Below, in pieces: positions 39,963 to 53,379 of a stretch of DNA of 64,000 nucleotides (positions are counted from its first letter, which is position 1; each line of letters opens with the position of its first letter). The notes beneath the pieces were generated by a model that did not search any database, was not told the DNA's origin, and was given only the letters and a program-made list of their open reading frames with translations. A program made the position numbers and the translations under genes. This DNA comes from the human T2T-CHM13v2.0 reference genome, Homo sapiens. The stretch is taken from NCBI RefSeq assembly GCF_009914755.1, contig NC_060940.1; one strand, 5' to 3'.

Positions 39963-40272
39963 TTTTTTTTTTTTTTTTTTTTGAGACAGTCTCGTTCTGT
40001 CTCCCAGGCTGGAGTGCAATAGTGTGACCTCGGCTCACTGGAAACTCCTGGGTTAGAGCCTCCTGGGTTCAAGTGATTCTCCCACCTCAGCCTCCTGAGT
40101 AGCTGGGATTACAGGCACCTGCCATCATGCCCAGCTAATTTGTCTGTATTTTTGTAGAGATGGGGTTTCACCACGTTGGCCAGGCTGGTCTCGAACTCCT
40201 GACCTCAGGTGATCTGCGCACCTCGGCCTCCCAAAGTGCTGGGATTACAGGCGTGGGCCACCATGCCCAGGC
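39963..40272 (-). mobile_element. Alu (S-type)
   Basis: poly-T plus reverse-complement Alu consensus. Confidence 0.95.
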
Positions 40273-40810
40273 TATGGCACTATTTTTGACACAAAATTAT
40301 CTCAAATAAGACTGGGGACATGTTTGGCAAACACAAGTGACTATGTGCAATGTCAAACAGACAAGCCCTGGATGAAAAACGTCTATAGGAAATAAAGCAA
40401 TTACCATCCCATAATACGCATATCCCACTCAGAAATAGAAGACAGTCTCCATTATTGGTGATTGCTAGGCCTTTTAACGCAATATGTATATGAAAAGGCA
40501 GAAAATATGTTTTCGAAACACCAAGTAGGCTCCCTGGCTAGTTCCAGGGCCTATATTCCCACCTGCTCTACTGGGCACTTAATGCCTATACCCAGCTTTC
40601 CTCCCCGTGAATTCCATTTGTGATGTCATAACACAGAACTGCTACCCCACCAGAGAACACCTCCCAATCGCTATGGAAGTTACGTAGACCACTTCAGCAC
40701 GCGAATCTAACCCCTGAGATAACAGATCAGAATAAGCAAGATTCCAATTGGCTGGCTTTCATATTTTCTGCCACTTCACGAAGATTTATCAATCCTCCCC
40801 CAAAAAGCTG

Positions 40811-41075
40811 GCAGGGGGCGGGGGTCGCGAACACAATACAACCCTGGTGTGTTGAAACTAAGAGTCCATGTCCTGCCACCAGGTGGTGCCTTGTCCATGA
40901 AGACCCAGCTCGGCCTCTGAGCCACAGGTGTCTCCACTCAGCCCCCCAGATCCTTCCACTAGTAACAACCTAGTGATCAAAACTACAGCTGTTATTACGG
41001 CAGATACGCATGGGCCAACACCTGGTCTCTGGGTGGCTCACATGGCGCCCTACAGCCCATCTCACCCCGCCCCCA
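40811..41075. promoter_or_regulatory. Candidate regulatory cluster: GC boxes (40814-40824, about 41065-41074) and CTCF-like site CCACCAGGTGGTGC (40876-40889)
   Basis: motif matches only; 13/14 match to CCASYAGRKGGCRS. Confidence 0.35.
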
Positions 41076-41344
41076 TCAGTTCACCTTGAACTCCCTCTGG
41101 CTTCTGCATGGTCCTCTCTTGACCTCTCATCTCCTCTCCCCACAATGAACTCATTTAAATATATGACTTAAAATAGAGGCTACAGAGGTAAACTAGAAAG
41201 CAGTGATCTTTATATAAATTTTACTGATACAATGTCTAGATGTATAGCCCCAAATATACTTCAGAAGTTTGGCTGAGACATGTCAGTATTGGTTATCTCC
41301 ATCCATCACCAGCATAAGGAGCTCAACCTGAAAACCTGACTCAC

Positions 41345-41375
41345 CTTCGAGCCCAAGCCTGTGGTTCCCAGCCAT
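41345..41375 (-). CDS. USP7: USP7 alternative N-terminal coding exon (MAGNHRLGLE, phase 1, in frame with exon 2)
   Basis: GAGATGG Kozak context, 31 coding nt, donor AAG|gtgagt at 41339-41344; peptide matches my recollection of a shorter annotated USP7 isoform N-terminus; 5' boundary not determinable. Confidence 0.8.
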
Positions 41376-42023
41376 CTCTGCATGGCTCTGCAGTGGCCTC
41401 TGCTGGGGGATGGGGGAGGTTCTCTCACCCACATCAGAGTGACTGCATAGAATCTCTAGGAGCTCTACCTCAGCATTCTTTTTTATTTTTTAAAGCATCC
41501 CACAGAAGCCTTGTCTTTAGGACCAGAAACATTCAAGCAACCTCAATTTAGATAAGGCAGTCCAGGAACAGAAGAGGATATTAATGGAAAAACTGGTGAA
41601 ACTCTGAAAGAATCTGACTTTGGTTAACAACATACCAATGCCAGTTCCTTGGCTGTGACAAATCTGGTTTAAAACACTGTATCAAACACTGGTGATATAA
41701 ATTGTTAACAACCCGAGAAAGTCGCTGGGGGGCACACAGGCGCTCTGTCATAATTTTGCAACTTTTCTGTACATCTAGAATTACTCCAAAATTAAAAGCT
41801 AATTTTAAAAAGGCAAAGTAGAATGCCCTCTCAGCCTAACAAGCAGGAGGAATAATTGATGTAAGTGAAAAATTTCAGGGCACCTTACCACACATCAGTA
41901 ATCCCAGGCACTTAGGACCCTGAGGCAGGAAGATCCCTTTAGCCTGGGCAACACAGTGAGACTCTGTCTTTTTTAAAAAAAAAAGGATTAACACGAAACA
42001 ACGTGTACAAGACAAGCAATCTG

Positions 42024-42461
42024 GGCCAGGCAGGGTGGCTCACGCCTGTAATCCCAACACTTTGGGAGGCTGAGGCGGGCGGATCACCTGAGGCCAGAAG
42101 TTTGAGACCAGCCTGGCCATGGCAAAACCCCATCTCTACTAAAAATACAAAAATTAGCCAGACGTGGTGGCGCATGCCTGTAATCCCAGCTACTCAGGAG
42201 GCTGAGGCAGGAGAATCACTTGAACCCAGGAGGCGGAGGTTGCAGTGAACTGAGATCACGCCATTGCACTCCAGCCTGGGTGACAGAGTAAAACTCTGTC
42301 TCAAAAAATAATAAGTTGGGTGTGGTGGTGCACACCTGTAATCCCAGCCACTTGGGAGGCTGAGGTGGGACGTAAAGGCTGCAGTGAGCAGGGGCTGCAC
42401 CACTGCCATTCCAGCCTGGGCAACAAAGCAAGACCCTGTCTCTAAATAGGCTACAAAAAAA
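42024..42461 (+). mobile_element. Alu (42024-42312) plus extra right monomer (42316-42461)
   Basis: Alu consensus. Confidence 0.92.
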
Positions 42462-43139
42462 ACAGAAAGGGAAAAATGTCAGCATTATGCACCTAAATAG
42501 AGCATGGCTTAAATTCTCAAGCAATTCAAGGCAGACAAAAAAGCAGTTTGGGAGATGAAACACAAAACACTTCCCACACAGAAGCCAGGAGACAACTGGA
42601 CAAGAGAATTGCTCAGGAGACCTGTAGCCAGTCTGGGGAGCTTGCATCTATGTGGGAGCAAGAGGGGGAGAGAAAATACTGACCACGTGAGAAGGAACTA
42701 CCATCTGCTTAAGTATTTCATGAATCAGTAACTCCAATGAGCCCCTATTATGTGCCAGGCCTTGTACAATTCTCAGGTAATCGTCACTGGCCCCAGGGTA
42801 AGGCAGGGCAGAATATCCTCCCTATGTCACCAGACCAGGGTCACAGCTGGACTGGCAAAGGCACTGCCACAAGAGGCCCTAGGCAGGAAGAATGGAAAAG
42901 TCCTGAGCAAACAGGCACGACACTCCGAGAAGGCTGAAGTTCTTTGACTACATATGCTTTTAAATATGGATATTCCCAAAATAACCTGGATTCCTGTAGG
43001 ACTGCTACTACACTATACTATACTGACTTGATTAAACTTTTCTTGATTAAACTTTGAGATAACTGTAGATTCACACACAGTCTTAAGAAATAACACAGTC
43101 AAAAAAAAAAAAAAGAAAGAAAGAAAGAAATAATACAGT

Positions 43140-43756
43140 CAAGTCTTCCACATCTGTGGATTCAACAAACCGCACATCAAAAACACTCAGGGGGCCGGGC
43201 ACGGTGGCTTACACCTGTAATCCCAGCACTGTAGGAGGCCGAGGCAGGTGGATCACAAGGTCAGGAGATCGAGACCATCCTGGCTAACACGGTGAAACGC
43301 CGTCTCTACTGAAAATACAAAAACTTAGCTGGGCACGGTGGCAGGCACCTGTAGTCCCAGCTACTCCGGAGGCTGAGGCAGGAGAATGGCATGAACCTGG
43401 GAAGCAGAGTTGCAGTGAGCGGAGATCGCACCACTGCACTCCAGCTTGGGTAACACAGCAAGACTCCGTCTCAAAAAAAAAAAAAATTGGGGGGACGGGG
43501 GAGTCTGTACCAAACATGTACAGATTTTTTTCTGTGTCATTATTCCCAAAACAATAGTCTACCAACTATTTACATAGCATTTACACTGTATTAGATATTA
43601 TAAGCCACGTAGAGATAATTTAAACTATATAGGAAGATGTGTGAAGATTATATGCAAATACTACACTGTTTTGTATGAGGAAGACTTGAGCATCTGTGGA
43701 TTTTGACACCCTGAGAGGGGTCCTGGAACCAATCCACCATTAATACCAAGGGACAG
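43140..43756. mobile_element. MER2-like (TcMar-Tigger) DNA transposon relic interrupted by an Alu
   Basis: tctgtggattcaac...catttacactgtattagatattataag...gggtcctggaaccaatcc...taccaagggac resembles MER2. Confidence 0.75.
43193..43486 (+). mobile_element. Alu (Y-like) nested in the MER2-like element
   Basis: diagnostic gagatcgagaccatcctggctaacacgg. Confidence 0.95.
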
Positions 43757-44581
43757 GGAGAGATCCCATACCCTTTTCCTAGCTTCCCCTTACAGCACCA
43801 CTTTGCAAAACTACCCTGCCTGCAGTATCAACAGCCAGGGTCCTGATGTAACCCACCAACCCAATGAAGATTTCTCCACATTTACATGTACTTACGTGTA
43901 TTTAGTTCTCTACAATTTTATTTACTGTGTAGATTTGTGTGTCCACTACCACCACAGTTAAGATCCTGAACAGTTCCAACACCACAAGGATCCCTCCAGT
44001 GGCCCTGTTACGACCACCCACCCCGGCGTGCGTGCTCCCCCATTATCCCCGGCAACCCTCATATGTTCTGCATCTCTGGGATCTTGTCACTTCACCAATG
44101 CTATATAAATGGACACAGTGTGGAATGAGTTGTTCCTTTCTCCTGTACTCTAGGATATCATGGCAGGGATGGACTGCCATTTGACCATTCACTTGCTGAC
44201 ATCTGGGTCCTTTCCAGATAGAGGAAATTCACAAATAAAGCTGCTATGAAAATATTGGACTGGTCCTGGTTTCTATTTATTTCTACTTTTGAGTTCTGAA
44301 AGAAGTAAACACAAGCAAGCAAATGTTAGCTAGCAACAATGCAGACATAGATAAGGAGAAATCAACTGGCCTTCCCTGAGTGCTAACATGAAGGAAACCA
44401 TGAATGTTTCACCTCCAGGCATTCTCAATGTAATGTTCATATGTACATATCATGTACATTGCTCGTGCACTTTTTCTCATGAAGGAAAACACATACACTA
44501 TTCACATTACGTGGGTAAGTTTAATAACTCCAAAACATTGTCATGATTTATCAACCACTCCCCTAAAGAAGACTGTTTCTG

Positions 44582-44923
<342 letters not shown>

Positions 44924-47317
44924 TCACAAACAGCTCTGTCCTGTGGCTCCCATCCTGCTGCCTATCTACGCATCCTATAGCCAGGTCACCTGTCTAGGCA
45001 TCCTACAGCCAGGTCATATACACATCTGGCCTCTGCAAGTAGCTAACCATGCTTTGTCCAATGGCAAATGTCAACACTGTTATCCAAGAACCAGAACACC
45101 GCCAAATGCTCTGGTGAGCTCCAGCACAGGACCAGCCTCCAGCACAGTGCTCAGGAGAACTCTTCGGCTTCTTGAACACAACGAGAGGCAGAAGGTGTAC
45201 TAGGAATGTCCAAGAAGCTGGGCGCCACCATCAAGGCTGTTGATCAGAGTGGGAGGGCAGGGGTTACCTTGGGACCAGGCAACCCAGGGCGGGAGGTGGG
45301 GCAGTTACAGCAATGGCCCCTGCATCAGGAAGGGAGAGGTGGGAGCCTGTAAGCTCCCGAGGCATCCACAGAAACAGGGACGATGGTGGCAGCCAAAAAA
45401 GACGGAGTTACCACACTCCCTAAGAAGCTCCTGACCGCCATCTTCTAGACATTTCCAGGGAGTGGGAAAGATCAGAGGCTGTGGAGTGAGATCAATCCCC
45501 TCTGCGAGGCCTCTCCTAGGTGAAGCTCAAGCTGGCTTCAGGTAGGGCCCTGGAATATTAGCCGGACATGGTGGCGCACACCTGTAATCCAAGCTACTTG
45601 GGAGGCTGAGGCAGGAGAATCACTTATATACAGTGTCCAGAACCTGGAATATATACAGTCTCCAGAACCTGGAGGTAATCAAGTGGGGGTGAAGGTCATA
45701 ATAGGATACAATAAAGTCAGGAATAGCAGGACAGAATTCTCTCTCCTCCCACTCCAGGACCCTTCTTCTCGTCCAGCACTCAGGGACTCAAGGTTCACCT
45801 TCCAGCCACTGATTGGAAAGTGGTAGGTGCTGGCCAGGCCACACTGCCCATGTTTGCCAAGGAGCTGCTGCCCAATTCACATGGGGCCCATGCCCCATGC
45901 CCATGAGGACCCCCCGCCCCACCACCAAATTACTTCCCAGCCCTCACGCCCTCTGTGCCTGACTGGATACCTGAAACCTCTTGGAAGGAGCCAATTCCAG
46001 AACATGAACCTAAGTGGAAAAATTAACTATGCTCAAACATAACCCTGAAAGCACCTTTCTAAGCTGCTACCATTAGCTAGGATTTCATGCATCCCCTAAA
46101 GGGTGGACATACCCTACATATCCTGCAGTCTGCGGTTAACAACTTTTTAACAAAGAAAACATCTTATTCTGTAGCCTAATACGTTACTTTTCCAGACAGG
46201 AAGGACCTGAGGGGTAAAGGCACGTATCTCCAGCCGCATTTCAGCAGAGCCCACCCTCTTCTCGCAGGTCAACCGACATGTCCAGTAACCTGTCCTAAGC
46301 CAAAACACATTTCGGCTTTTTTGTCCACGCACGATAGCAACATCAGAGTGTAAATAAGTTAGTCTGCCAATTCGCTTAGTATCTTCCTTCTAGTACCTTG
46401 TAGCCTTGCTTGGTACCAGGAAAGACAAAGACCAGGCCGTGTTGGTGTGGTGAGGAGTGAGGGGACGGGCAGAGCCAGGATCAGCTGTGTTGGGTGGTGC
46501 GTGCTGTGAAGTCAGGCCTGCCTCTCCCCAGGTGTGAGACCACCGGCCAGCCACTGACCCTTCCAAGCCTCCGTCTCTGACAGATGGGCTGGGCCCAGGG
46601 TTCGGCAGGGAACTGGGTGGACACGCCTCCTGGTCTCCTGGTGCTCACTAGGAAGTGGGAGGCAAGTCCCTTGGTGATCATTGCAATAGAGGGCAAACGC
46701 ACACAGTGACAGCCACAGGGCTGGTTCATGTCCCTTAGTCATGAAGGAGGAGACAACTGGCAAGCACAGAGTGGCAAATTCTGTGGCAAGCACAGAGTGC
46801 AAGAAGCCTGCCGGCCAGAGATGGAAAAGTGCAGTCCAGGTAGAGCAAACCGCAACAGGAACAGGAACAGGGCAGTGGGAAGGGGAAGGTGGGCAGGGCC
46901 AAAGCTATGGAGGGCCTTGAAGGCCACGATAAGCATTCTTAACTTCACTCTAAAATGTTCCCTCCCAGCAGGTGCTCCACCCAATGAACAGGAAGCCATC
47001 CATGTCCTTGGGAGGTACTGGGACACTCGGAGTGACTGGGATGCCCAGTGGAGAGTCTGTCGGACCTGAGACAGCCCCAGCATGGGAATCCTGGTACCAG
47101 CCCTTGCCAAATATCAAGCAGTGGGGTCTGTCCCACCCTTATCACATGCTAGGGGTCTCCTGACAAGCTCCTTTGCTGTTCTGCAGGACTGTGAGGGTCT
47201 GACCACCTGCACCTCACCCCAGCCTGTCAAAGTAGATCCCTGTGTACTCTAAAACGGGGGCCCTCCTAAGTAACTCTGAATCCCTCTGGTCTTATTAACA
47301 ATATTTGGCTTACGGCT

Positions 47318-47611
47318 TATTTATTTTTGAGACAGGGTCTCGCTCTGTTGGGCAGGCTGGAGTGCAGTGGTGCCACCATGGCTCACTGCAGCCATGACCT
47401 CCCAGGCTCAAGCAATCCTCCCACCTCAAGCTCTTGAGTAGCTGGGACTACAGGCGCACACCACCACACTCAGCTAGTTTCTGTATTTTTTTGTAGAGAC
47501 TGGGTCTCACTATGTTGTCCAGGCTGGTCTTGAACTCCTGGCCTCAAGCAATCTCCCAGCTCGGCCTCCAAAAGTGTTGGGGTTACAGACATGAGCCACC
47601 ACGTCCAGCCA
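47318..47611 (-). mobile_element. Alu (J-like)
   Basis: reverse-complement Alu consensus. Confidence 0.93.
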
Positions 47612-49586
47612 CTTTGTGATTTTATACCCTCCAGTTATTTGGCCATATGCACCCTCATTAGGCTGGCTGGAAAGCCATTTCCAGGGGACAGTCCTGTCCT
47701 ACTAAGCTAGGTTGCCTTCAGTTCTGTACCTTTTCAGGCACTGCGGGCCCTGAGGTCAGCCGACCACCTGGCTTTAAGGCAGTGGAGCCTGAGTGTTCAA
47801 AGTGGACCCACTTTGACGCTTTGCTCTATATGCTGAAATAATCCTGATGTAAATTAGCTATATGAAAACCAAGCCCCAAAGAAGGCCACATATAATATGT
47901 GATCCTTAAATAAAACTATTTGTTTGGAGCTTTCAGTTTAGCTTCATTATGTAAAAATCATCTGTTCCCTAGAGATCATCCTAACTACCAAAAGTGCCTG
48001 TCCAAACACTGATGATTGGTTTTAATGCTGTGTTGTGCACTGAGAGGGGTTTAATATACAGCACAAGTAAAGAGCTTATAATTACGCCTGTACTGCTTCT
48101 ACATGTATAGTCTGCTCCGCAAAAGAAACAGGATTATCTGCTCAACTGTGCAGCACAATGCAAGTAGAAGTTGCAGCACGCACGGCCGGAACCGAGCTGC
48201 ACAGATGCAGTTAGGGCAAGGGATGCCCCTACCTGGATGGAGATCTGTGACACACAAGAGCCAAAGGATCAACACCGAGAATGCAGGGCCCCAATGCCAT
48301 GAGAAACACAAACGACTAACCAACAGGCTCCACCTCCCTCGTTAACGTGGGATACCACTCTTCCTCTGCTGGATTAACGGTGAAAAGCAATGGAGATGCC
48401 CACCAGTACTGAAGGTCTAGCATATGGGTAGAGTCGAATGGCTGGCGGGAACACACTTTTCTAGAGTCAACTGTCCTTCCCAAAGGCAATATGTATTAAA
48501 ATCAAAATGTTGAATGTCCTTTCACTCATTTTGAAATGTTACCACAAAAACCCATTCCCCAAGAAAATGAGCATTCACGCTGGGGGATAAACACAAACAG
48601 TGCTTCGTGCACTGATGCACAACTTTAAACATAAGTTTAATTTTTCACAGGAAAACATTTTGGTTTTTAAAATTTCATTTCTCTATTAAATTTATTGTAT
48701 TGCTTATTCTACAATAATTGGGTTTTAAAGCAAAACTATAAGGTGCGGGGGAGGCAGTATACAGGAGTTCAAGACCAGCCTGGGCAAACATAGGGAGACC
48801 CCCGTCTCTGAAATTAAAAACAAACAAAAAAGGATGAACTGGGACAATATCCATAATACATCAAGTATATAATGGTAGTTCCCTCTGAGGAACAGAAACT
48901 CTCCTTCTTGCCTTTTTGCTTGCATGTTTGAATGTTTCCGGGAATATGCATTACTCTTAAAACAAAAGCAAAAATACGCAGAGCAACAGAGGTGCAAAAA
49001 AAAAAAAAGCACAGCCAAAATACTGGCTGAGGCTTGACACCCCCTTGGCAGCTGAGAGAGGGGGTGCAACAGCTGCCCGCCTGGAGTCAGGAGGAGGCCA
49101 GAGTCCTGGAACAAAGGAATTGCCTGGGCTATTTGTGGCCTGGAAGGTCCATTTACACCTTGGCAACTAACTAGCAGCTTCCTCTCTTAAATGTCTGTTT
49201 TTCCCTAAAAATTATTTGAAAAGACAAGCCAGTTTGGGGACTGGGGATGAGGTCAGAGGTAGAAAGGAGATTTTTATACATACTCTTGGTTGTGCTAATG
49301 TAAGTCCTTTAAAAATAGTCAAACATAACCAACTTCAAACAGGTTCCTTTATTTGAATAAAACCACAAAAGGGAACAACCTAGCACAGAAAGAAAACTAT
49401 TTTTTTCTCTTTTGCACCATGTCACAGGCTGCCAGTCTACTCTAGGCCACTGGAGACACAGACCACCATTCAGGTTTTAATCCCCTTTAGAGGGGACCTA
49501 CTCAGACTCTCATGGAACACCTGCAATTCAAGGGCTGTCAGATCTTTTGAAAAACTAGCGTCAAAGGTATTTTGAAAAGTTCCTGG

Positions 49587-50212
<626 letters not shown>

Positions 50213-50339
50213 TTATTTGTTCATGGGTTAGTGGGGGCTTTGGGAACAGTTCAACCTATAAACCAACAGACACCTTGAACATTTCTGTGCACTAGTGATG
50301 TACTGTGAATGCTAGCCATTCATAAGAGGAAAATCACTG

Positions 50340-51410
50340 AGACTGGGGACATACCGTGCCCATGGAGTGGGAGACAGCACAGTAAAGATGTTCTCCCCAA
50401 ATTAATCCATACATTTAAACACAGTCCAATTAAAAAGCAGGATTTTTCATAGCTAAGGACAAGCTGATTCTAATATTTATATGGAACAATAAAAGATTGA
50501 GTAGGTAAAACAATTTTGAATAACACAGATCCACTGGGTGTGGTGGCTCATACCCTATAATCCCAGCACTTTAGGAAGCCAAGGCAAGAAGACTGCTTGA
50601 GGCCAGGAGTCAGAAACCAGCCTGGGCAACATAGCGAGACCCCACTTCCAAAAAAAAAGTAAAAATTAAAAAAAACAACAGCACTGATTGAGAAATCACA
50701 TTACCTGATTATGAAGCTTCCATAATCAAGACAGCACTGCTGGCAAAGGAACGGACAGGGGAGAATGGAAGAGTCCAGAAACAGATCCCATTTGATTTTT
50801 GACAAAGGTACAAAAGCAATTCAACGGACAAAGACAGTCTCTAACAAAAGTCATGGAACAAATGGACTCTACAGCCCCTCCCCCACAAGACTCTCAACCT
50901 AAACCTCACACCTTATACAAAAGGTAGCTCACAATGAAATGTAAAACCCCAAGACTGTAAGAAAACACAGGAAAACATCTGTCATGATGGGTAGGGCAAA
51001 TATTTGGACATAATACCAAAAGCAAGGTTCAAAAAAACAAAACACAACAACAACAAAAAAATGGCAGGCGGCGGTGGCTTAAGCCGGTAATCCCAGCACT
51101 TTGAGAGGCTGAGGCAGGAGGATCACTTGTGGCCAGGAGTTCAAGACCAGCCTGGCCAATATGGTGAAACCGCATCTCTAAATAAAGAAAAAAACTGTTG
51201 ATCAACTTTGCTCCAGAAAGACTTACACTCCAGAAAGAAGCTGTTAAGTGAATACACACGAGCTACAGACCAGCAGAAAATATCTGCAAATCGCGTATCT
51301 TACAAAGACTCAAATCTCAAATATATAAACAACAGTTCACAAAACTCAACAGCTGGACAAAACTCAACTAAAAAGTCAGAATAGCTGAACTGACACTCTG
51401 AAGAGCATAC
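50340..51410 (+). mobile_element. Degraded L1 ORF2/3' fragments with two Alu monomers (50535-50676, 51063-51194)
   Basis: L1-like motifs (gacaagctgattctaatatttatatggaa, ttgatttttgacaaaggtacaaaagcaattcaa, acctcacaccttatacaaaa). Confidence 0.75.
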
Positions 51411-52014
51411 AGGCATGGCAAAGGCACACCTCCAATAATCTGGTCACTGGCCTGTACCCCAGCCCCACACACCAGCAGATGCAAAGGCGGCCTCCACACA
51501 GCCACTCACGCTCAACCACTCAGCCATCTGCCAGCACGCAGAAGGCTCCACCTACAGAGCAAACAGCAGCAGGCGTTTCCAACAACGCCAATGTCTGGGC
51601 ATATAAACTCAACTTTTTAATATAACTGTATAATAAAATGTATCAACATTTAGCAGACCTGTAAAACTTGATGAATCCATATTTTCCAAACGGCCAATAA
51701 ATGCAACTGGAAAAAATCCACTGAAAGTGCATGACGAACTTAAGGTAATGGGGCGGGGTGAATTAACCTTCATTAAGTTACCACTTGTTTTGCTTTGCTG
51801 TAGTTATCAGAGAATAGTCAATCATTCAAAAAGGCTACTAAAGCATTCCTCCTGTTTTTTTCAGTATATCTCTGTAAGATTGGTTTTTTCATATTTTAAT
51901 TAAAATTACACTGCAGCTGACTGAATGCACAAGCAGGTATGAAGTCTTCTATTACAACAGACAATAAAGAAATTTACAAAAATGTAAAGCAATGCCATTC
52001 CTCTCAATACACTT

Positions 52015-52078
52015 TTGGAAAATAATTATTTTTTATACAACATTACTTGGAAAATAATTATTTTTTATACAACATTAC
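52015..52078. repeat. Perfect 32-bp tandem duplication
   Basis: ttggaaaataattattttttatacaacattac x2. Confidence 0.95.
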
Positions 52079-52134
52079 CATGTGCTGGTTTATTGTTTTT
52101 CCACAGCACTCCCCCCCCCAACACACACACACAC

Positions 52135-52397
52135 AGGGTCTCACTCTTATCACCCAGGCCGAAGTACAGTGGTGCCATCTCGGCTCACTGCAACCTCCAC
52201 CTCCCAGGTTCAAGCAACTATCCCACATCAGCCTCCTGATTAGCTGGACTACAGACATGCACCACCACACCCAGCTAATTTTTGTATTTTTAGAAAAGAC
52301 TGGGTTTCACCATGTTGCCCAGGCTCGTCTCGAACTTCCGGCCTCAAGTGATCCACCCGCTTCAGCCTCCCAAAATGCTGGGATTACAGGTGTGCGC
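52135..52397 (-). mobile_element. Alu with (CA)n-converted tail
   Basis: reverse-complement Alu consensus. Confidence 0.92.
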
Positions 52398-52984
52398 TTA
52401 TTTTTCAATCAATAAACATTTAAGGTTGGCCTTAATTTCTATATGGTAAATAACAGTAGCTATAACCCACCCACCAAAAGCTCTTTAAGGGGTGAAGTCT
52501 TTTAGGACTTCGACAGGATCCTGCCATCAAAAACTTAGCTATTCCAGATGTGGGACTGCCTGATGGGTTTGTGCCATGCTGCCTCAGCTAGGTGGGCATG
52601 CCATGCCCCTCCCTGCACAGCTCCCACTTTTGAGACCCTCAGTGTGCAATTCGGAAGGTGGGAGTAAAGCAGCTGCCACATGCCATTATGCCTGGGGATT
52701 TCTCTGTCTCCAGGGTCTTTAGGCTCCATTACTGCCCTGGAAGCTTGGACATGGTGACAGGCACTTTGGAGCGCAGCACTGCCTGGCTCCCCACTCCCAC
52801 CCACCACCTCTCGAAGACTGCATGCCCTGCAGACGTCAGTCAGCTCCAGCACCAGACCCAGATGCTAATAGAGCTCCCACCACTGTGGCCTGTAAAATCC
52901 CACTAATAAATCCCTGCATCCCTTTCCCACAGTTCCGCTCCCCTGATGGAACCCTCAACTGACCTTGATTCCTCCCTCCCACCA

Positions 52985-53249
52985 GCCCAGGCTGGAGAAT
53001 GAGTGGCACCATCTCAGCTCACTGCAGCCTCAACTTCCTGGGCTCAAGCAATCCTCCCACCTCAGCCTCCAGAGTAGCTGGAACTACAAGCACACGCCAT
53101 CATGGCTGACTAATTTTTGGCATTTTTTTGTAGAGACGAGTTTTCACCATGTTGCCCAGGCTGATCTCAAACCCCTGGGCTCAAGCTATCCACCGGCCTC
53201 GGCCTCCCAAAGTGCTGGGATTACAGGTATCAGCTGCCACACCTGGCCC
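52985..53249 (-). mobile_element. Alu (J-like)
   Basis: reverse-complement Alu consensus. Confidence 0.9.
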
Positions 53250-53379
53250 CCAGTTAACTCAACTTAGTAAGTGAAGCATATTCCTAACTGCAAAAAAAGT
53301 TCAAATCCCTTTAAAAATACTGACTAAAGCCTATTACAGATGACACAATCCTAAGAACCTGCACATCTCTTTGCTAAAT

